DNA of 49,731 nt from Thermoproteota archaeon. GTDB taxonomy: Archaea; Korarchaeota; JAOZGF01; JAOZFZ01. The stretch is from NCBI GenBank assembly GCA_027492035.1, contig JAOZFT010000033.1, positions 1-49,731 of the forward strand, read 5' to 3'. The notes below the pieces were generated by a model. That model had not been told where the DNA came from. It was given only the letters and a program-made list of their open reading frames with translations, and made no database searches. Positions within the stretch are counted from its first letter, which is position 1. Each line of letters begins with the position of its first letter. The position numbers and the translations under genes are program-made. Of the stretch, positions 28,331-39,146 are shown in pieces.

Positions 28331-28990
28331 CTAAATATTAGCAGTGGATACCCTCCTTTGCACATTACCCTTTCTAGTCTTGCTTACAGTTTTCCTTTTT
28401 GACACATAAGGGCTGCCCTCTATGAAAAATCTTAGTTTTTGGGGGAGGTCTTTCTTAACTCCTATCCTGTGACTTGCCCCAACCCTAAATTTCAACTTTC
28501 CATTCTTCAAAACAACCAAGGGACTTTTCTCATCGGTTACATCTACTTCATTAAGTTCCTTAGTTATTTTTAACGCCTTGGTTAATTTTCCAGGACCGTT
28601 GGTTAAGTTGTAAATATTCTCGGTTCCTCTGTTCTTTTTCATCACTTCCACCCCCTCTAAAGGCTGTAGAGCTCTTATTAAAACAGCTGAAGCTTCACCT
28701 TCAGGTAAAGTTACAATGTTTAGAAGCCAGTTGCCATGCACCATGTAAATAAACGTTATTCCAGGTTTTCTAAGCATTGGTTCAGAGTATTTCTTTATTC
28801 CACCATAAGCACGTGAGGCAGGGTCTTTGAAACCGTAATAAGCCTCTGTTTCAACAATAATTCCTGACAAAACCTTGTCCTCCAGCTTCCTCACCAAAAC
28901 CTTCCCAAGTAACTCCTTCGCCACAATTTTAGGGTCTCTGACATAGAACTCCCTTGGCAGAACTGGATCTTTAAAGCTCTTCCTCAACAT
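28331..28990 (-). CDS. 3-methyladenine DNA glycosylase (MPG/AAG family)
   Basis: VAKELLGK, IVETEAY, DPAS, AVLIRALQP, TNGPGKL, RIGV. Confidence 0.93.
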   Translation of the reverse strand: MLRKSFKDPVLPREFYVRDPKIVAKELLGKVLVRKLEDKVLSGIIVETEAYYGFKDPASRAYGGIKKYSEPMLRKPGITFIYMVHGNWLLNIVTLPEGEASAVLIRALQPLEGVEVMKKNRGTENIYNLTNGPGKLTKALKITKELNEVDVTDEKSPLVVLKNGKLKFRVGASHRIGVKKDLPQKLRFFIEGSPYVSKRKTVSKTRKGNVQRRVSTANI

Positions 28991-29220
28991 TTCTTCACAC
29001 CCAGGAGAAATTGTTCTTGTTCTTCAAAAAATATAAAACCTTAAAAGCCTTTAGGAATAATTTAAGGTGCATATAAGAAGCCAACTTAGGTTCAGGTTAA
29101 ATTTTTAGGTTTAAAAGGGGATGTTTAATAAATCTGGGTTAAGTTTAAGTTGCTTGTGTAGGTAAAACCTTTAAACAGTTCAAAAACTTTTCCAGAAGTT
29201 TTTTGGAGGTGTAAGGGTGA

Positions 29221-31698
29221 ATGAAACCTTTTCAGGAAGGTAAAAACTTTGCATTCCCTGAATATAAACCCCAGTATCCCAGAGAGTACCCTGTCAAACT
29301 TAAACATGTGAAAGCGGAAATTAAGTTATTCCCTGAAAAGAAAACTTTAACCGGGGCGGTGCTGTTAACTCTAGAATCTAAAAGGGATATGTTAAAAACA
29401 GTTTACTTAGACGCTGTAGATATGGAAATAAAAGAGGTTAAGGTTGACGGGGAGAAAAGGGAGTACATTTACGACGGGAAAAATTTGACGATTGAATTGC
29501 CTAAATCAGTCAATAAAGGGAAGGAAGTAAAGGTTTCAGTTATTTATGAAACAAAGCCTGTTAAGGGTGTCTATTTCATTTTGCCGGATGGAAATCACCC
29601 TGAAAGGACCTTACAAATCTACACCCAAGGAGAATCAGAAGATAACAGGTACTGGTTGCCGCTGCTTGATTACCCGAATGTGAAATCAACAAGTGAGCTT
29701 TTGATTTCCGTACCTAAAAACTTAATAGTTGTTTCAAACGGTGAATTATTAGAGGTTGAAGAGGAAGGAACCTTTAAAAAATATCATTTCAGAATGGATA
29801 AACCCCACTCAACCTATTTAATAAGTTTTGCAGCTGGAGAGTTTTCAGTAAAAAATGAAGAAGTTGACGGGGTCAAACTTGAATACTTCGTTCCAAAGGG
29901 TAAAGAAGAATTTATTCAGAGAAGTTTTTCAAAAACCCCTGACATGATAAAATTTTTCTCCGATTACACTGGGGTAAAGTATCCGTACAAGAAATACTCC
30001 CAAGTAACAGTTTCAGAGTTTATGTACGGTGGAATGGAGAACATAACAGCCACAACTTTAACAGAAACAACTTTACATGATGAAAAAGCACACATGGATT
30101 TTCGTAGCGAACCACTTGTAGCCCATGAACTTGCTCATCAATGGTTCGGTGACTTAGTTACAACTAAAGACTGGGCCAATATTTGGCTTAATGAGTCGTT
30201 TGCAACATACTTTGAAGCTCTCTACACAAGGAAGGACCTAGGAAATGAAGAATTCCTTTATGAAATGTACCAAAACCTAGATTCATATTTGAAAGAATAC
30301 TCAAAAAGATACTCAAGACCCATAGTTACAAGACTATACTCGATGCCTGAAGAAGTTTTTGATGCTCACTCCTACCCCAAAGGAGCCTTGGTTCTGCACA
30401 TGCTGAAAAACTTGGTTGGTGAGGAGAAATTCAGGGAAGCAATTAAGCTTTACCTTGAAAGATTTAAGTTTTCCAATGCTGACACTGAAGATTTCAGGAA
30501 AGTAGTTGAGGAAGTAACTGGAAAAGATATGGAGAAATTCTTTGATTACTTCATTTACAATGCAGGGCATCCAGTTATAAGTTTCTCTTACTCGTTCGAT
30601 CCTGAAAAGAAACTTTTAAAACTTTCATTTAAACAAAAACAAGGGAAGGACTCACCTGAAACCTATGAACTACCTGTTGAAGTCTTAATAAACAACAAAA
30701 AATATGTTTTTAATTTAACAGATAAGGAACAAATTTTCTACGTTAAAACGGACAAAAAACCTGGACATGTATGCGTAGATCCTGAATTTAAACTTTTCAG
30801 GGTTCTTGAACTAGAAACTTCTCAAGAAGACCTTATAAATAATTTATCTTGTGAAAGTATCGTTTGCAGGGTTGAAGGTGCAAGAGCATTAGCTAAAAAA
30901 AGAAGTAATAAAGTAGTTAAAGCTTTGAAAGAAGCAATGTTGAAAGAAAGGTTCTGGGGTGTCATTGTTGAGGAAGCGAAAGCTTTAGGTGAAATAGGTA
31001 CGGATGAAGCTTTAAATGCACTTTTAGGGGTTGAAACCAAAATTAAACATCCGAAAGCTAGAAGGGCTATTGCTTCAGCCCTTGGAAACTTTAAAGAGGA
31101 AAGGGCAGCTGAAACATTGATAAAAATTCTGAATGATGAAAATGAAAGTTACTATGTAAGGAAGGAAGCAGCTACAAGTTTAGGTAAAACAAGGTATGAA
31201 AAAGCTTTTGAAGTGCTTAGGGGGAAACTTAATGTTCCATCACATAATTACTCAATACCAAGCGGTGCTTTGCTTGGCCTGTCTGAACTTTCAACTGAAA
31301 AATCTTTAGAAATAATACTTGAATACACAAGTAAAGAAAAACCTACAACTTTAAGAGCCACCGCCACTCAATGCCTTGGCCAGTATCCTTCAAACAAGAA
31401 AGTTTACGATAAACTTAAAGAATTAGCTAAAGATGAAAACTTCAGAGTTAGAAGAGCTGTTCTCTTAGCAATAGAAACATTGATGGACCCTAAACTTCTG
31501 ACGTTGCTGGAAACAATGTATAAAACAGATTTAGACAATAGAGTAAAAAGAGGAGCTAGGGAGCTTTCAAGAAAAATAAAGGAGTTCATGGAGAAAGGTG
31601 CAGAGTACAAAAGGTTAAGAGAGGAACTGGACAAAGTGAAGGAGGAAAACAGAAGAATACTTGATAAAATCTCTTACTTAGAAACAAAAGGAACTTAA
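29221..31698 (+). CDS. M1 zinc aminopeptidase with C-terminal HEAT repeats and coiled coil
   Basis: GGMEN, HELAHQWFG-x-WLNE, YPKG; HEAT-like repeats; heptad tail. Confidence 0.92.
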   Translation: MKPFQEGKNFAFPEYKPQYPREYPVKLKHVKAEIKLFPEKKTLTGAVLLTLESKRDMLKTVYLDAVDMEIKEVKVDGEKREYIYDGKNLTIELPKSVNKGKEVKVSVIYETKPVKGVYFILPDGNHPERTLQIYTQGESEDNRYWLPLLDYPNVKSTSELLISVPKNLIVVSNGELLEVEEEGTFKKYHFRMDKPHSTYLISFAAGEFSVKNEEVDGVKLEYFVPKGKEEFIQRSFSKTPDMIKFFSDYTGVKYPYKKYSQVTVSEFMYGGMENITATTLTETTLHDEKAHMDFRSEPLVAHELAHQWFGDLVTTKDWANIWLNESFATYFEALYTRKDLGNEEFLYEMYQNLDSYLKEYSKRYSRPIVTRLYSMPEEVFDAHSYPKGALVLHMLKNLVGEEKFREAIKLYLERFKFSNADTEDFRKVVEEVTGKDMEKFFDYFIYNAGHPVISFSYSFDPEKKLLKLSFKQKQGKDSPETYELPVEVLINNKKYVFNLTDKEQIFYVKTDKKPGHVCVDPEFKLFRVLELETSQEDLINNLSCESIVCRVEGARALAKKRSNKVVKALKEAMLKERFWGVIVEEAKALGEIGTDEALNALLGVETKIKHPKARRAIASALGNFKEERAAETLIKILNDENESYYVRKEAATSLGKTRYEKAFEVLRGKLNVPSHNYSIPSGALLGLSELSTEKSLEIILEYTSKEKPTTLRATATQCLGQYPSNKKVYDKLKELAKDENFRVRRAVLLAIETLMDPKLLTLLETMYKTDLDNRVKRGARELSRKIKEFMEKGAEYKRLREELDKVKEENRRILDKISYLETKGT

Positions 31699-31747
31699 CA
31701 AAGTTCTTTTAAACTTTTCTCGGTAAAAGCTTATTAAATTTACCTTT

Positions 31748-33100
31748 TCAACTTTCCGTTTCTTTATCTGCTATTTTCAAAGTTTCATCCAAAACATCAA
31801 CTCCTTCATCAATTTGTTCCTCAGTAATTATTAACGGGGGGGCTACTATGAAGTGACTTATCCACCCAAGCAAGTAAAGTCCCTTATTTAACATTTCCTT
31901 GCTCAGTTTCGAAACCATCAAAGGTTTCAACGCTGCTTTGTCAGCTCTTGTGTTAAAAGGTTTCTTTGTTTCCCTGTTTTTAACTATTTCAACAGCCCAG
32001 AAATGACCTAAACCCCTTACATCCCCAACAGAAACATGTTCCTCCTTCAACTCTAAAAGTCTTTTCTTCAAGTGTTCACCTACCCTCCTCAAAAAGTTAT
32101 GCTTCAAAAGCTTCTTATATTCTTCAATAACAACGGGAACAGGGGCTAAAGATAATGGATGGGCAGCATAAGTGTGTCCATGAGCTAAAAATCTGTCTTC
32201 AAAGAAATCAGCTATTTCTTTTGTGGTGGCTGTTATCCCCAAAGGAGTGTAAGCGCTTGTACACCCCTTGGCAGTGGTTAAAACATCAGGCTTAACTTTC
32301 CAATGTTGAACAGCGAACCATTCATCAGTTCGCAACCAACCACTCATCACTTCATCAACAACTAAGAGGACATTGTTTTCATCAGTTACCTCTCTTAAAC
32401 GTGGGAAGTATTCTTTAGGGGGAACGATTATACCGTTTGTTCCAACAACAGGTTCAACAAAAACAGCAGCTACATTTCCTTCGTTTTTAATCATGTAATC
32501 AACATATTCAGCACACTGAATCCCACACTCAGGGTAACTTAAACCAAAGGGACATCTGTAACAGTAAGCATCAGGTGCAAAAATCACGCCTGGAACCTTA
32601 CTCATAGGTTCAGCAAACCAACGTCTAGGATCCCCTGTTAAAGCAATACTTACAGCTGTTGCACCATGGTAAGAACGATACCTAGAAATAATTTTGTACT
32701 TTCCCTCCCCAGCAAAAAACATCCTAATAATTTTAACGGCTGCTTCATTAGCTTCAGTGCCTGAAGTTGAAAAGAAAAATTTTTCAAGTCCCCTGGGCAT
32801 AACTTCAAGTAAGGCCTCCACAGCTTTACTTTTAACTTTGCAACCGAATCCCGGAGCCACGTAAGGAAGTTTTTCAGCTTGTTCCTTAATTGCTTTAATC
32901 ACTGCCTCGTTTCCATGTCCAAGGTTTAAACACATTAATTGAGAAGAGAAATCAAGGTAACGTTTGCCTTCACCATCGAAAAAATAAACCCCCTCAGCCT
33001 TTTCAATAAATAAAGGAGACTTCCAATCTCTTTGAGGCCTCCATGTTCCGTAACTATGCTCAGCTAAAACATTAACCTCTTTCCCCTTACTCACTTTCAA
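31748..33100 (-). CDS. class III PLP aminotransferase
   Basis: YLDFSS, SGTEANEAA, SYHG, DEVMSG..RT, TTAKG, HGHTY; start placed after GGAGG (33105-33109). Confidence 0.92.
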   Translation of the reverse strand: MKVSKGKEVNVLAEHSYGTWRPQRDWKSPLFIEKAEGVYFFDGEGKRYLDFSSQLMCLNLGHGNEAVIKAIKEQAEKLPYVAPGFGCKVKSKAVEALLEVMPRGLEKFFFSTSGTEANEAAVKIIRMFFAGEGKYKIISRYRSYHGATAVSIALTGDPRRWFAEPMSKVPGVIFAPDAYCYRCPFGLSYPECGIQCAEYVDYMIKNEGNVAAVFVEPVVGTNGIIVPPKEYFPRLREVTDENNVLLVVDEVMSGWLRTDEWFAVQHWKVKPDVLTTAKGCTSAYTPLGITATTKEIADFFEDRFLAHGHTYAAHPLSLAPVPVVIEEYKKLLKHNFLRRVGEHLKKRLLELKEEHVSVGDVRGLGHFWAVEIVKNRETKKPFNTRADKAALKPLMVSKLSKEMLNKGLYLLGWISHFIVAPPLIITEEQIDEGVDVLDETLKIADKETES

Positions 33101-33526
33101 ACTCCCTCCAATCTTTAACCCTCTACTTCTAAACAAATTCATTATTACCTGATTTTGGAGAAATAAAATTTGGTAAATTTGCAATTTCTTAGGAAAATGT
33201 ATAAAAATTTTACTGTTTCTTCAACAAAAACTCTTCCTTTACATAAATTAAATAAGGAATAAAAAGTCCTTAATTTCTTAGAAATGAGATGCAGAAATAA
33301 GAAGTGAAGACAGAGAAAGTAGATATAATTTTTTTTCGAAATGAAACAATATCCCTTCTTTCCAATTTTAATTGCTCCCGAAAACCTATTTCGGAAACAG
33401 TTAATCAATCAATATACTCAATAAATTAAACTTAATCAAAACTGCCAATTTTTAAAACCTACACTCTCCTTCTTTTAACGTATTTAAGCTTTTCTAGTGA
33501 ATGTTTTAAGGTGGAGGTGGTTGATT

Positions 33527-34036
33527 TTGTTGGTAGGTGTAATGTCTGACAGCCACGACCATTTACCAAACATAAGAAAGGCAATTGAAGTGTTTGTTTC
33601 TGAAAAAGTTGATTACGTATTTCATTGTGGAGACTTTATCTCTCCCTTCACAGCAAAAATTTTCAAAAAACTTAATTGTCCCGTGTTAGGGGTCTACGGC
33701 AACAATGACGGAGACAAATATACTTTAAAAGAAAAATTTAATTGTTTAAAAACAGAAATTCATGAACAACCCTATATTTTCAATATTCAAGGAAGGAAAA
33801 TAATGGTTTTACATGGCTTCCGCACCCCTGAAACAACTAAAGACATAGTTTATGGGTTAGCTGAAACAGGTAAATACAATGTTATACTGTACGGTCACAC
33901 CCACTCCTTTGATGTAGAAAAAATAAATAAAACCCTAGTTTTAAACCCAGGCGAAACCTGCGGTTACTTAACAAATCAAGGAACAATCGCTTTACTTAAC
34001 CTGGAAAAACTTGAGTTCAGAAAAATAAACCTTTAA
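33527..34036 (+). CDS. metallophosphoesterase, YfcE/MJ0936 family
   Basis: SDSHD, HCGD, GNND, HG, GHTH, NPGE; SD GGAGGTG. Confidence 0.92.
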   Translation: MLVGVMSDSHDHLPNIRKAIEVFVSEKVDYVFHCGDFISPFTAKIFKKLNCPVLGVYGNNDGDKYTLKEKFNCLKTEIHEQPYIFNIQGRKIMVLHGFRTPETTKDIVYGLAETGKYNVILYGHTHSFDVEKINKTLVLNPGETCGYLTNQGTIALLNLEKLEFRKINL

Positions 34037-34379
34037 ATTCACATTTCATTTCTAACTTAGAACAAAACACTTCATTGACTGCTTTACCTTGAACACGGAA
34101 ACTTTTAAACCTTACATCTCCATCTAACCTATTTATGACCCTCTTCAACAGAAAAATTACTGTTTATTGAAGAAAAGTGGGAAATACTGGTTTAGTTACA
34201 GAAAACTAGTAAAATAAACTGAAAATAAAATGTAAAACAGTAAATTGAGGCAATGATTTTATTGCTAAGTTCAAAAAATGCAAAATAACTGGTTTTTAAG
34301 GAAAGCTAGAGCTTTTACTACCTTTAGTAGTAAGTAGTTTCATTTTAAACAAAAAAGAGAAATGTCAAAACAGTTAAGA

Positions 34380-34424
34380 GATAAATTTATATATTGAATT
34401 TTTTCTTAAAAATTTTCTTAAAAA
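34380..34424 (+). promoter_or_regulatory. TATA (TTTATATA, 34386-34393) followed by a 12-bp direct repeat TTTTCTTAAAAA x2 upstream of the LIV operon
   Basis: Repeat read at 34401-34412 and 34413-34424. Confidence 0.45.
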
Positions 34425-34456
34425 GGAGGAAATCTATTAGAAAAAGTTAATGTAAG

Positions 34457-35710
34457 ATGGTAAAAATGAATGGAAAAACATTGTTAGTGGGGGCGGCTTT
34501 AACAATTCTTCTTCTGATGGTTGGTTGTGTAGGTCAACCGTCGACTCCTTCACCTACTCAAACAGCTTCCCCTACTCCTACTGCATCTCCAACACCTGCT
34601 CCATCTTTGCTTGTAGGAGGGTCTCTTTCATTGACAGGCGAATACGGCAGAACTGGCGAATGGTACAAGTTAGGGTACCAACTCTGGGCTGACCAGGTTA
34701 ATGCTAAGGGAGGCTTGCTTGGTAAGCCTATAAAACTTATTTTGTACGATGACCAAAGCGACCCAACAACTTCAGCTAACCTTTATGAAAAACTTATAAC
34801 AGTTGATAAAGTAGATCTTTTATTGGGGCCATATTCAAGTGCGATAGTTTTCTCTGCATCCAGCGTCTCAGAGAAACATCACATGGTTATGGTGGAAGGA
34901 GGCGGTAACGCCTTAAAAGTGTTTAGCAGAGGTTACAAATACATTTTCTTAACTTTACCGGGGCTTGCAGAAAATATAACAAAGGGGCTTTTCGACTTCA
35001 TTGCACAATTACCTTCCGACCAAAAACCTGAAACAATAGCTGTAATAAACGCAAATGATTTATTCCCCAAAGCAATAGCTTCAGGTGCTCTACACTACGC
35101 TGACAAACTAGGTCTTCAGGTTGTGTTACATGAAGAGTATCCTAAAGGCACCACAGACCTTACACCCCTCATAACTAAAATTAAAAACTTAAATCCAGAT
35201 GTTTTAGTTTGTGGAACTTATTTCCCTGACGCCACTTTAGTCGTTAAAACCCTTAAGCAGCTTAACTGGAAACCTAAAATAGTGTTTCTCACTGTAGGCG
35301 TAGCAATGCCTGAATTCTGGGATACTTTAGGCACAGATGCTCAAGGAATGATGGGGGAAAGTTGGTGGGAAGCCACGGCTCCATGGGCTGGTGTGAAAGA
35401 GTTTGTCCAAGCATTTAAGCAAAAATATGGTAAAGACCCTGACTACCACGCTGCTTGTGCCTATGCTGCAGGGCAAGTTCTTGAAACCGCTGTGAAAGCC
35501 GTTGGGAGCTTAAACCAGGATAAAATAGCAAATTACATAAGAACCCACACAATACAAACTGTTGTTGGACCGCTTAAGTTCACTGAAGCAGGCTACCCAA
35601 CCTTAGGTCCTCTCCTGGTTCAGTGGCAAAATGGGGAAAGAGTAATAATAATGCCTAAAGACGCTGCAACCGGAGAAGCTATTTATCCTTTGCCCTCAAC
35701 TTGGAGTTAA
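34457..35710 (+). CDS. LIV-family ABC substrate-binding lipoprotein
   Basis: Lipobox MVGC, Pro/Thr/Ser linker, SLTG, NAKGGLLG, YDDQSDP, LLGPYSS. Confidence 0.9.
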   Translation: MVKMNGKTLLVGAALTILLLMVGCVGQPSTPSPTQTASPTPTASPTPAPSLLVGGSLSLTGEYGRTGEWYKLGYQLWADQVNAKGGLLGKPIKLILYDDQSDPTTSANLYEKLITVDKVDLLLGPYSSAIVFSASSVSEKHHMVMVEGGGNALKVFSRGYKYIFLTLPGLAENITKGLFDFIAQLPSDQKPETIAVINANDLFPKAIASGALHYADKLGLQVVLHEEYPKGTTDLTPLITKIKNLNPDVLVCGTYFPDATLVVKTLKQLNWKPKIVFLTVGVAMPEFWDTLGTDAQGMMGESWWEATAPWAGVKEFVQAFKQKYGKDPDYHAACAYAAGQVLETAVKAVGSLNQDKIANYIRTHTIQTVVGPLKFTEAGYPTLGPLLVQWQNGERVIIMPKDAATGEAIYPLPSTWS

Positions 35711-35796
35711 GTATTTCTTTCAGCAGCTTTTTCCCTTGCTCCCCTTTCCTTTTTTTGATATTCTTTTAAAAACGAAGACAAGGGGTGGAAATTTAA

Positions 35797-36651
35797 GTGA
35801 ATCTTTTTATTCAGGCAGTAATTACTGGAGTACTTGTTGGGGGCATTTATGCATTAGTTACTTTAGGTTTAACTTTGATTTTTGGTGTTATGGACATAGG
35901 TAACGCAGCCCAAGCGGCTTTTGCTATTTTAGCAGCTTACATAGTGTATTGGTTAAGTTCTCTTTACCATGTTGACCCCTTTATAGGTATGATACTGGCA
36001 ACTGGACTCTTATTTGTAATGGGTTTTTACCTTTACAAATACATAGTGTACAAAACCTCTGGTTTAATGGCTTTCGCCCTGTTATATTTCCTTTCAATAT
36101 TTCTTGAAAGCACTATGGTATTTGTGTGGGGTAACACTTACAGAGGCATTAAAGTACCCTATCTCTCCGGCTCTCTACAAATTTACGGTTACTATATACC
36201 CTTGGACAGATTTATAGGTTTCTTAATGGTGAGCGCAGTATTAGCTATTATAGCTTATGTTTTGAAATACACCTATTTCGGAAAAGCTATAAGAGCCACT
36301 ATGCAAAATCCTTACGCAGCTGCTCTTATGGGAATAAACGTGGACAGAATTTATCAAGTAACTTTCGGAATAGGAATAGCTCTCTCCGGTATAGCTGGCG
36401 TAATTTTAGGCACAATTTATTCATTTTATCCTTCACTGCAAGGTGTATGGATAGGTCTTATGTTTGCTATAGTGGTTTTCGGCGGGATGGGAAGCTTATC
36501 AGGAACGTTAATAGGATCCATAATAATAGGAATAATTAGTTCACTTGTTGCAACTTATGTTTCTTCTGTGTGGGCTCCCCTTGTAGCTTACGTAATTCTT
36601 GTACTTACTTTATGGATTAAACCTTCAGGTATTAAAGGGAGAAAAATATGA
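35797..36651 (+). CDS. livH: LIV-family ABC permease
   Basis: YALVTLGLTLIFGV, GKAIRA..QN..AA.LMGIN, GGMGS. Confidence 0.9.
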   Translation: MNLFIQAVITGVLVGGIYALVTLGLTLIFGVMDIGNAAQAAFAILAAYIVYWLSSLYHVDPFIGMILATGLLFVMGFYLYKYIVYKTSGLMAFALLYFLSIFLESTMVFVWGNTYRGIKVPYLSGSLQIYGYYIPLDRFIGFLMVSAVLAIIAYVLKYTYFGKAIRATMQNPYAAALMGINVDRIYQVTFGIGIALSGIAGVILGTIYSFYPSLQGVWIGLMFAIVVFGGMGSLSGTLIGSIIIGIISSLVATYVSSVWAPLVAYVILVLTLWIKPSGIKGRKI

Positions 36652-37619
36652 GCTTCACAAGGTCCTTAATAAAAAAATGCCTAGTTAGTAAAAATAAAAA
36701 GTATGTTGTGTTCATCCTTACTGCACTTACCCTCTCGCTTCCCCTCTTATCAAGTGAAATTTTTTACATAGATTTCCTTCTTGTACTTTTTATGTACGCA
36801 ACGATTGCTGTAGGATGGAACATTATAGGAGGATATACTGGATACGTAAGCTTTGGACATGTTGCTTTTTTCGGTTTAGGAGCCTACACTACTGCAATAC
36901 TTCTGGTTCGATTTGGACTGTCCCCTTTCGTAACCTGCATCCTTGGAGGCGTAGTTGCAATTGTGTTTGCACTTTTAATAGGAATACCTACACTTAAATT
37001 AAAGGGTGCATATTTCGCTATAGCCACTCTTGGCCTTGGATTTGTTTTGCAGTTGCTCTTCCTTAATTTGGGGTCCTTAACAGGGGGCGGTGAAGGCCTA
37101 AGCCTGCCTTTACCTCCCTGGGACATAAAAACGTCAGTTGAAATATTTTATTATGCAATGTTTATTGTTTTTTTAGCGTCTGTACTTACTACTTACTGGT
37201 TAGAGCACTCTAGGTTCGGCTTAGCTTTAAAATGCATTAGAGATGATGAATTATCTGCTGAAACCTCTGGTATACCTACAGCTAAACTTAAAACTATGGC
37301 TTTTCTGTTAAGTGCATTTTTTCCAGCTGTTTCAGGTGGTTTGTTCTCTTACTACGCAACCTACATAGACCCGATAACTGTATTCGACCCTAAAATTTCT
37401 ATGTATGCCATTGTTTTTTCAATGTTAGGGGGGTCAGGTTCAGTCTTGGGACCAGTGATAGGATCAATAATTCTTTACAGCGTAGCTCAAACTGCTAGGT
37501 ATCTAATAACAGCACCTGGAGTTGACGTAATGGTTTTCAGTGCAATAGCGGTGGCTGTAATAATATATTTACCGGAAGGCATAGTTGGTTTTTTAAAGGG
37601 AAGAAGCGGTGCAAAATAG
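36648..37619 (+). CDS. livM: LIV-family ABC permease
   Basis: WNIIGGYTGYVSFGH, GAYFAIATL, IRDDE..A. Confidence 0.9.
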   Translation: MSFTRSLIKKCLVSKNKKYVVFILTALTLSLPLLSSEIFYIDFLLVLFMYATIAVGWNIIGGYTGYVSFGHVAFFGLGAYTTAILLVRFGLSPFVTCILGGVVAIVFALLIGIPTLKLKGAYFAIATLGLGFVLQLLFLNLGSLTGGGEGLSLPLPPWDIKTSVEIFYYAMFIVFLASVLTTYWLEHSRFGLALKCIRDDELSAETSGIPTAKLKTMAFLLSAFFPAVSGGLFSYYATYIDPITVFDPKISMYAIVFSMLGGSGSVLGPVIGSIILYSVAQTARYLITAPGVDVMVFSAIAVAVIIYLPEGIVGFLKGRSGAK

Positions 37620-37635
37620 TTTTAGGTAGGTTTAA

Positions 37636-38361
37636 ATGTCTCTGCTTAAAGTTATCAATTGCTGGAAACTTTTTGGTGGATTAAAAGCTTTACAAAACGT
37701 GAATTTTGAAGCTGATCAGGGCATCTTAGGCATTATAGGTCCCAACGGTGCAGGTAAAACAACTCTTTTTAACGTCATCACAGGGGTATATAAGCCTGAC
37801 AAAGGCAAAGTTTTCCTGAAAAACAGAGACATAACTGGTTTAAGTCCCCATACAATAAGAAGGTTAGGGATTTCAAGAACTTTTCAAATACCTCGACCCT
37901 TCATTAACGAAACTGTTTTTGAAAATGTGCTTGCAGCAGGTTTCTTTGGAAGAGTAGATAAGGTTTCTAAGAAGGAGTTAATTGAAGAAACCGAAAAAAT
38001 TTTGGAGTTTGTCGGTTTAATTGACAAAAGGGATGAAGAAGCTTCCTCATTAAATATTCATCAACGTAAACTACTTGAAATAGCTAGAGGCTTAATAACT
38101 AAACCTATACTTTTACTTGTTGATGAAATAGCTTCTGGCCTTACTCCTGCAGAAGTTGACAATGTTGTTTCTTTAATAAAGAAAGTGAATGAGAAAGGGA
38201 TAGGGGTTATTTGGATTGAACATGTTATGAGAGCTATTATGAAAGCAGCAGAAAGAATAATTGTACTAGATTATGGGAAAATTATTTCTGAAGGCTCTCC
38301 TGAAAAAGTAGCGAAGGATCCTCTTGTAATTAGAGCTTATTTAGGTGAAGAAATTGCTTGA
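37636..38361 (+). CDS. livG: LIV-family ABC ATPase
   Basis: FGGLKAL, GPNGAGKT, RTFQ, IEH, VIRAYLG. Confidence 0.92.
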   Translation: MSLLKVINCWKLFGGLKALQNVNFEADQGILGIIGPNGAGKTTLFNVITGVYKPDKGKVFLKNRDITGLSPHTIRRLGISRTFQIPRPFINETVFENVLAAGFFGRVDKVSKKELIEETEKILEFVGLIDKRDEEASSLNIHQRKLLEIARGLITKPILLLVDEIASGLTPAEVDNVVSLIKKVNEKGIGVIWIEHVMRAIMKAAERIIVLDYGKIISEGSPEKVAKDPLVIRAYLGEEIA

Positions 38362-39058
38362 AGTTAAAAACCTTGAGGTTTCTTATGGGCAATTAAAAGT
38401 TTTGTGGGGTATAAACTTCACAGTTAAAAAGGATGAAATAGTAACCATTATAGGCCCTAACGGTGCAGGTAAAACAACTACTCTAAAAACAATAATTGGC
38501 TTACTGAAAGAAGATAAAGGTGAAATCTATATTAAAGGAGAGAAGGTAAACAATTTACCTGTGCATGAGAGGGTGAAGAAAAAAATTGCTTTGGTTCCCG
38601 AAGGTTGCGAAATTTTCCCGTATTTAACAGTTCAAGAAAACCTAGACCTGGGTGCGTACTTATCTGACGCCAGAAAAAGGTACAAAGAAAACCTTGAGTC
38701 TGTTTTTAAACTTTTTCCTCGTTTGAAGGAAAGAAGGAACCAGTTGGCGGGTACTTTAAGCGGCGGTGAAAGACAAATGCTAGCAATAGGTAGGGCTTTA
38801 ATGAGCGCCCCTGAAATAGTAATGTTTGATGAACCTACACTTGGTTTAGCTCCGAACTTAGCTGTTGAAGTCTTGAAAACAATAAAAGGTCTCAACGAGA
38901 CAGGGTACACCATCCTTTTGGTGGAACAAAATGTGAAAATGGCTTTAAAAATAAGTCACAGAGGTTATGTAATAGAAAATGGAAGATTAATCCTTTCAGG
39001 CGAAGCTGATGAACTAATGCGAAATAAACATGTTAAAGAAGCCTATTTAGGGCTTTAA
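38345..39058 (+). CDS. livF: LIV-family ABC ATPase
   Basis: GPNGAGKT, LSGGERQML, DEPTLGLAP, VEQN. Confidence 0.92.
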   Translation: MKKLLEVKNLEVSYGQLKVLWGINFTVKKDEIVTIIGPNGAGKTTTLKTIIGLLKEDKGEIYIKGEKVNNLPVHERVKKKIALVPEGCEIFPYLTVQENLDLGAYLSDARKRYKENLESVFKLFPRLKERRNQLAGTLSGGERQMLAIGRALMSAPEIVMFDEPTLGLAPNLAVEVLKTIKGLNETGYTILLVEQNVKMALKISHRGYVIENGRLILSGEADELMRNKHVKEAYLGL

Positions 39059-39070
39059 TTTTTTTTCTTC
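39059..39070 (+). terminator. oligo-T archaeal terminator after the LIV operon
   Basis: T-run immediately after the livF stop. Confidence 0.45.
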
Positions 39071-39146
39071 AACTAAAAATTTTTTCTGTAAAATAAAAAC
39101 TTTTAATGTCCCTTTTTAAAAGTGTTTAAGGAAAGTTGAGAGGGAA

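Noticed and set aside
34541-34606. Repeat array in the LIV binding-protein gene
   Set aside because: Ordinary Pro/Thr/Ser linker of an archaeal lipoprotein, degenerate at DNA level
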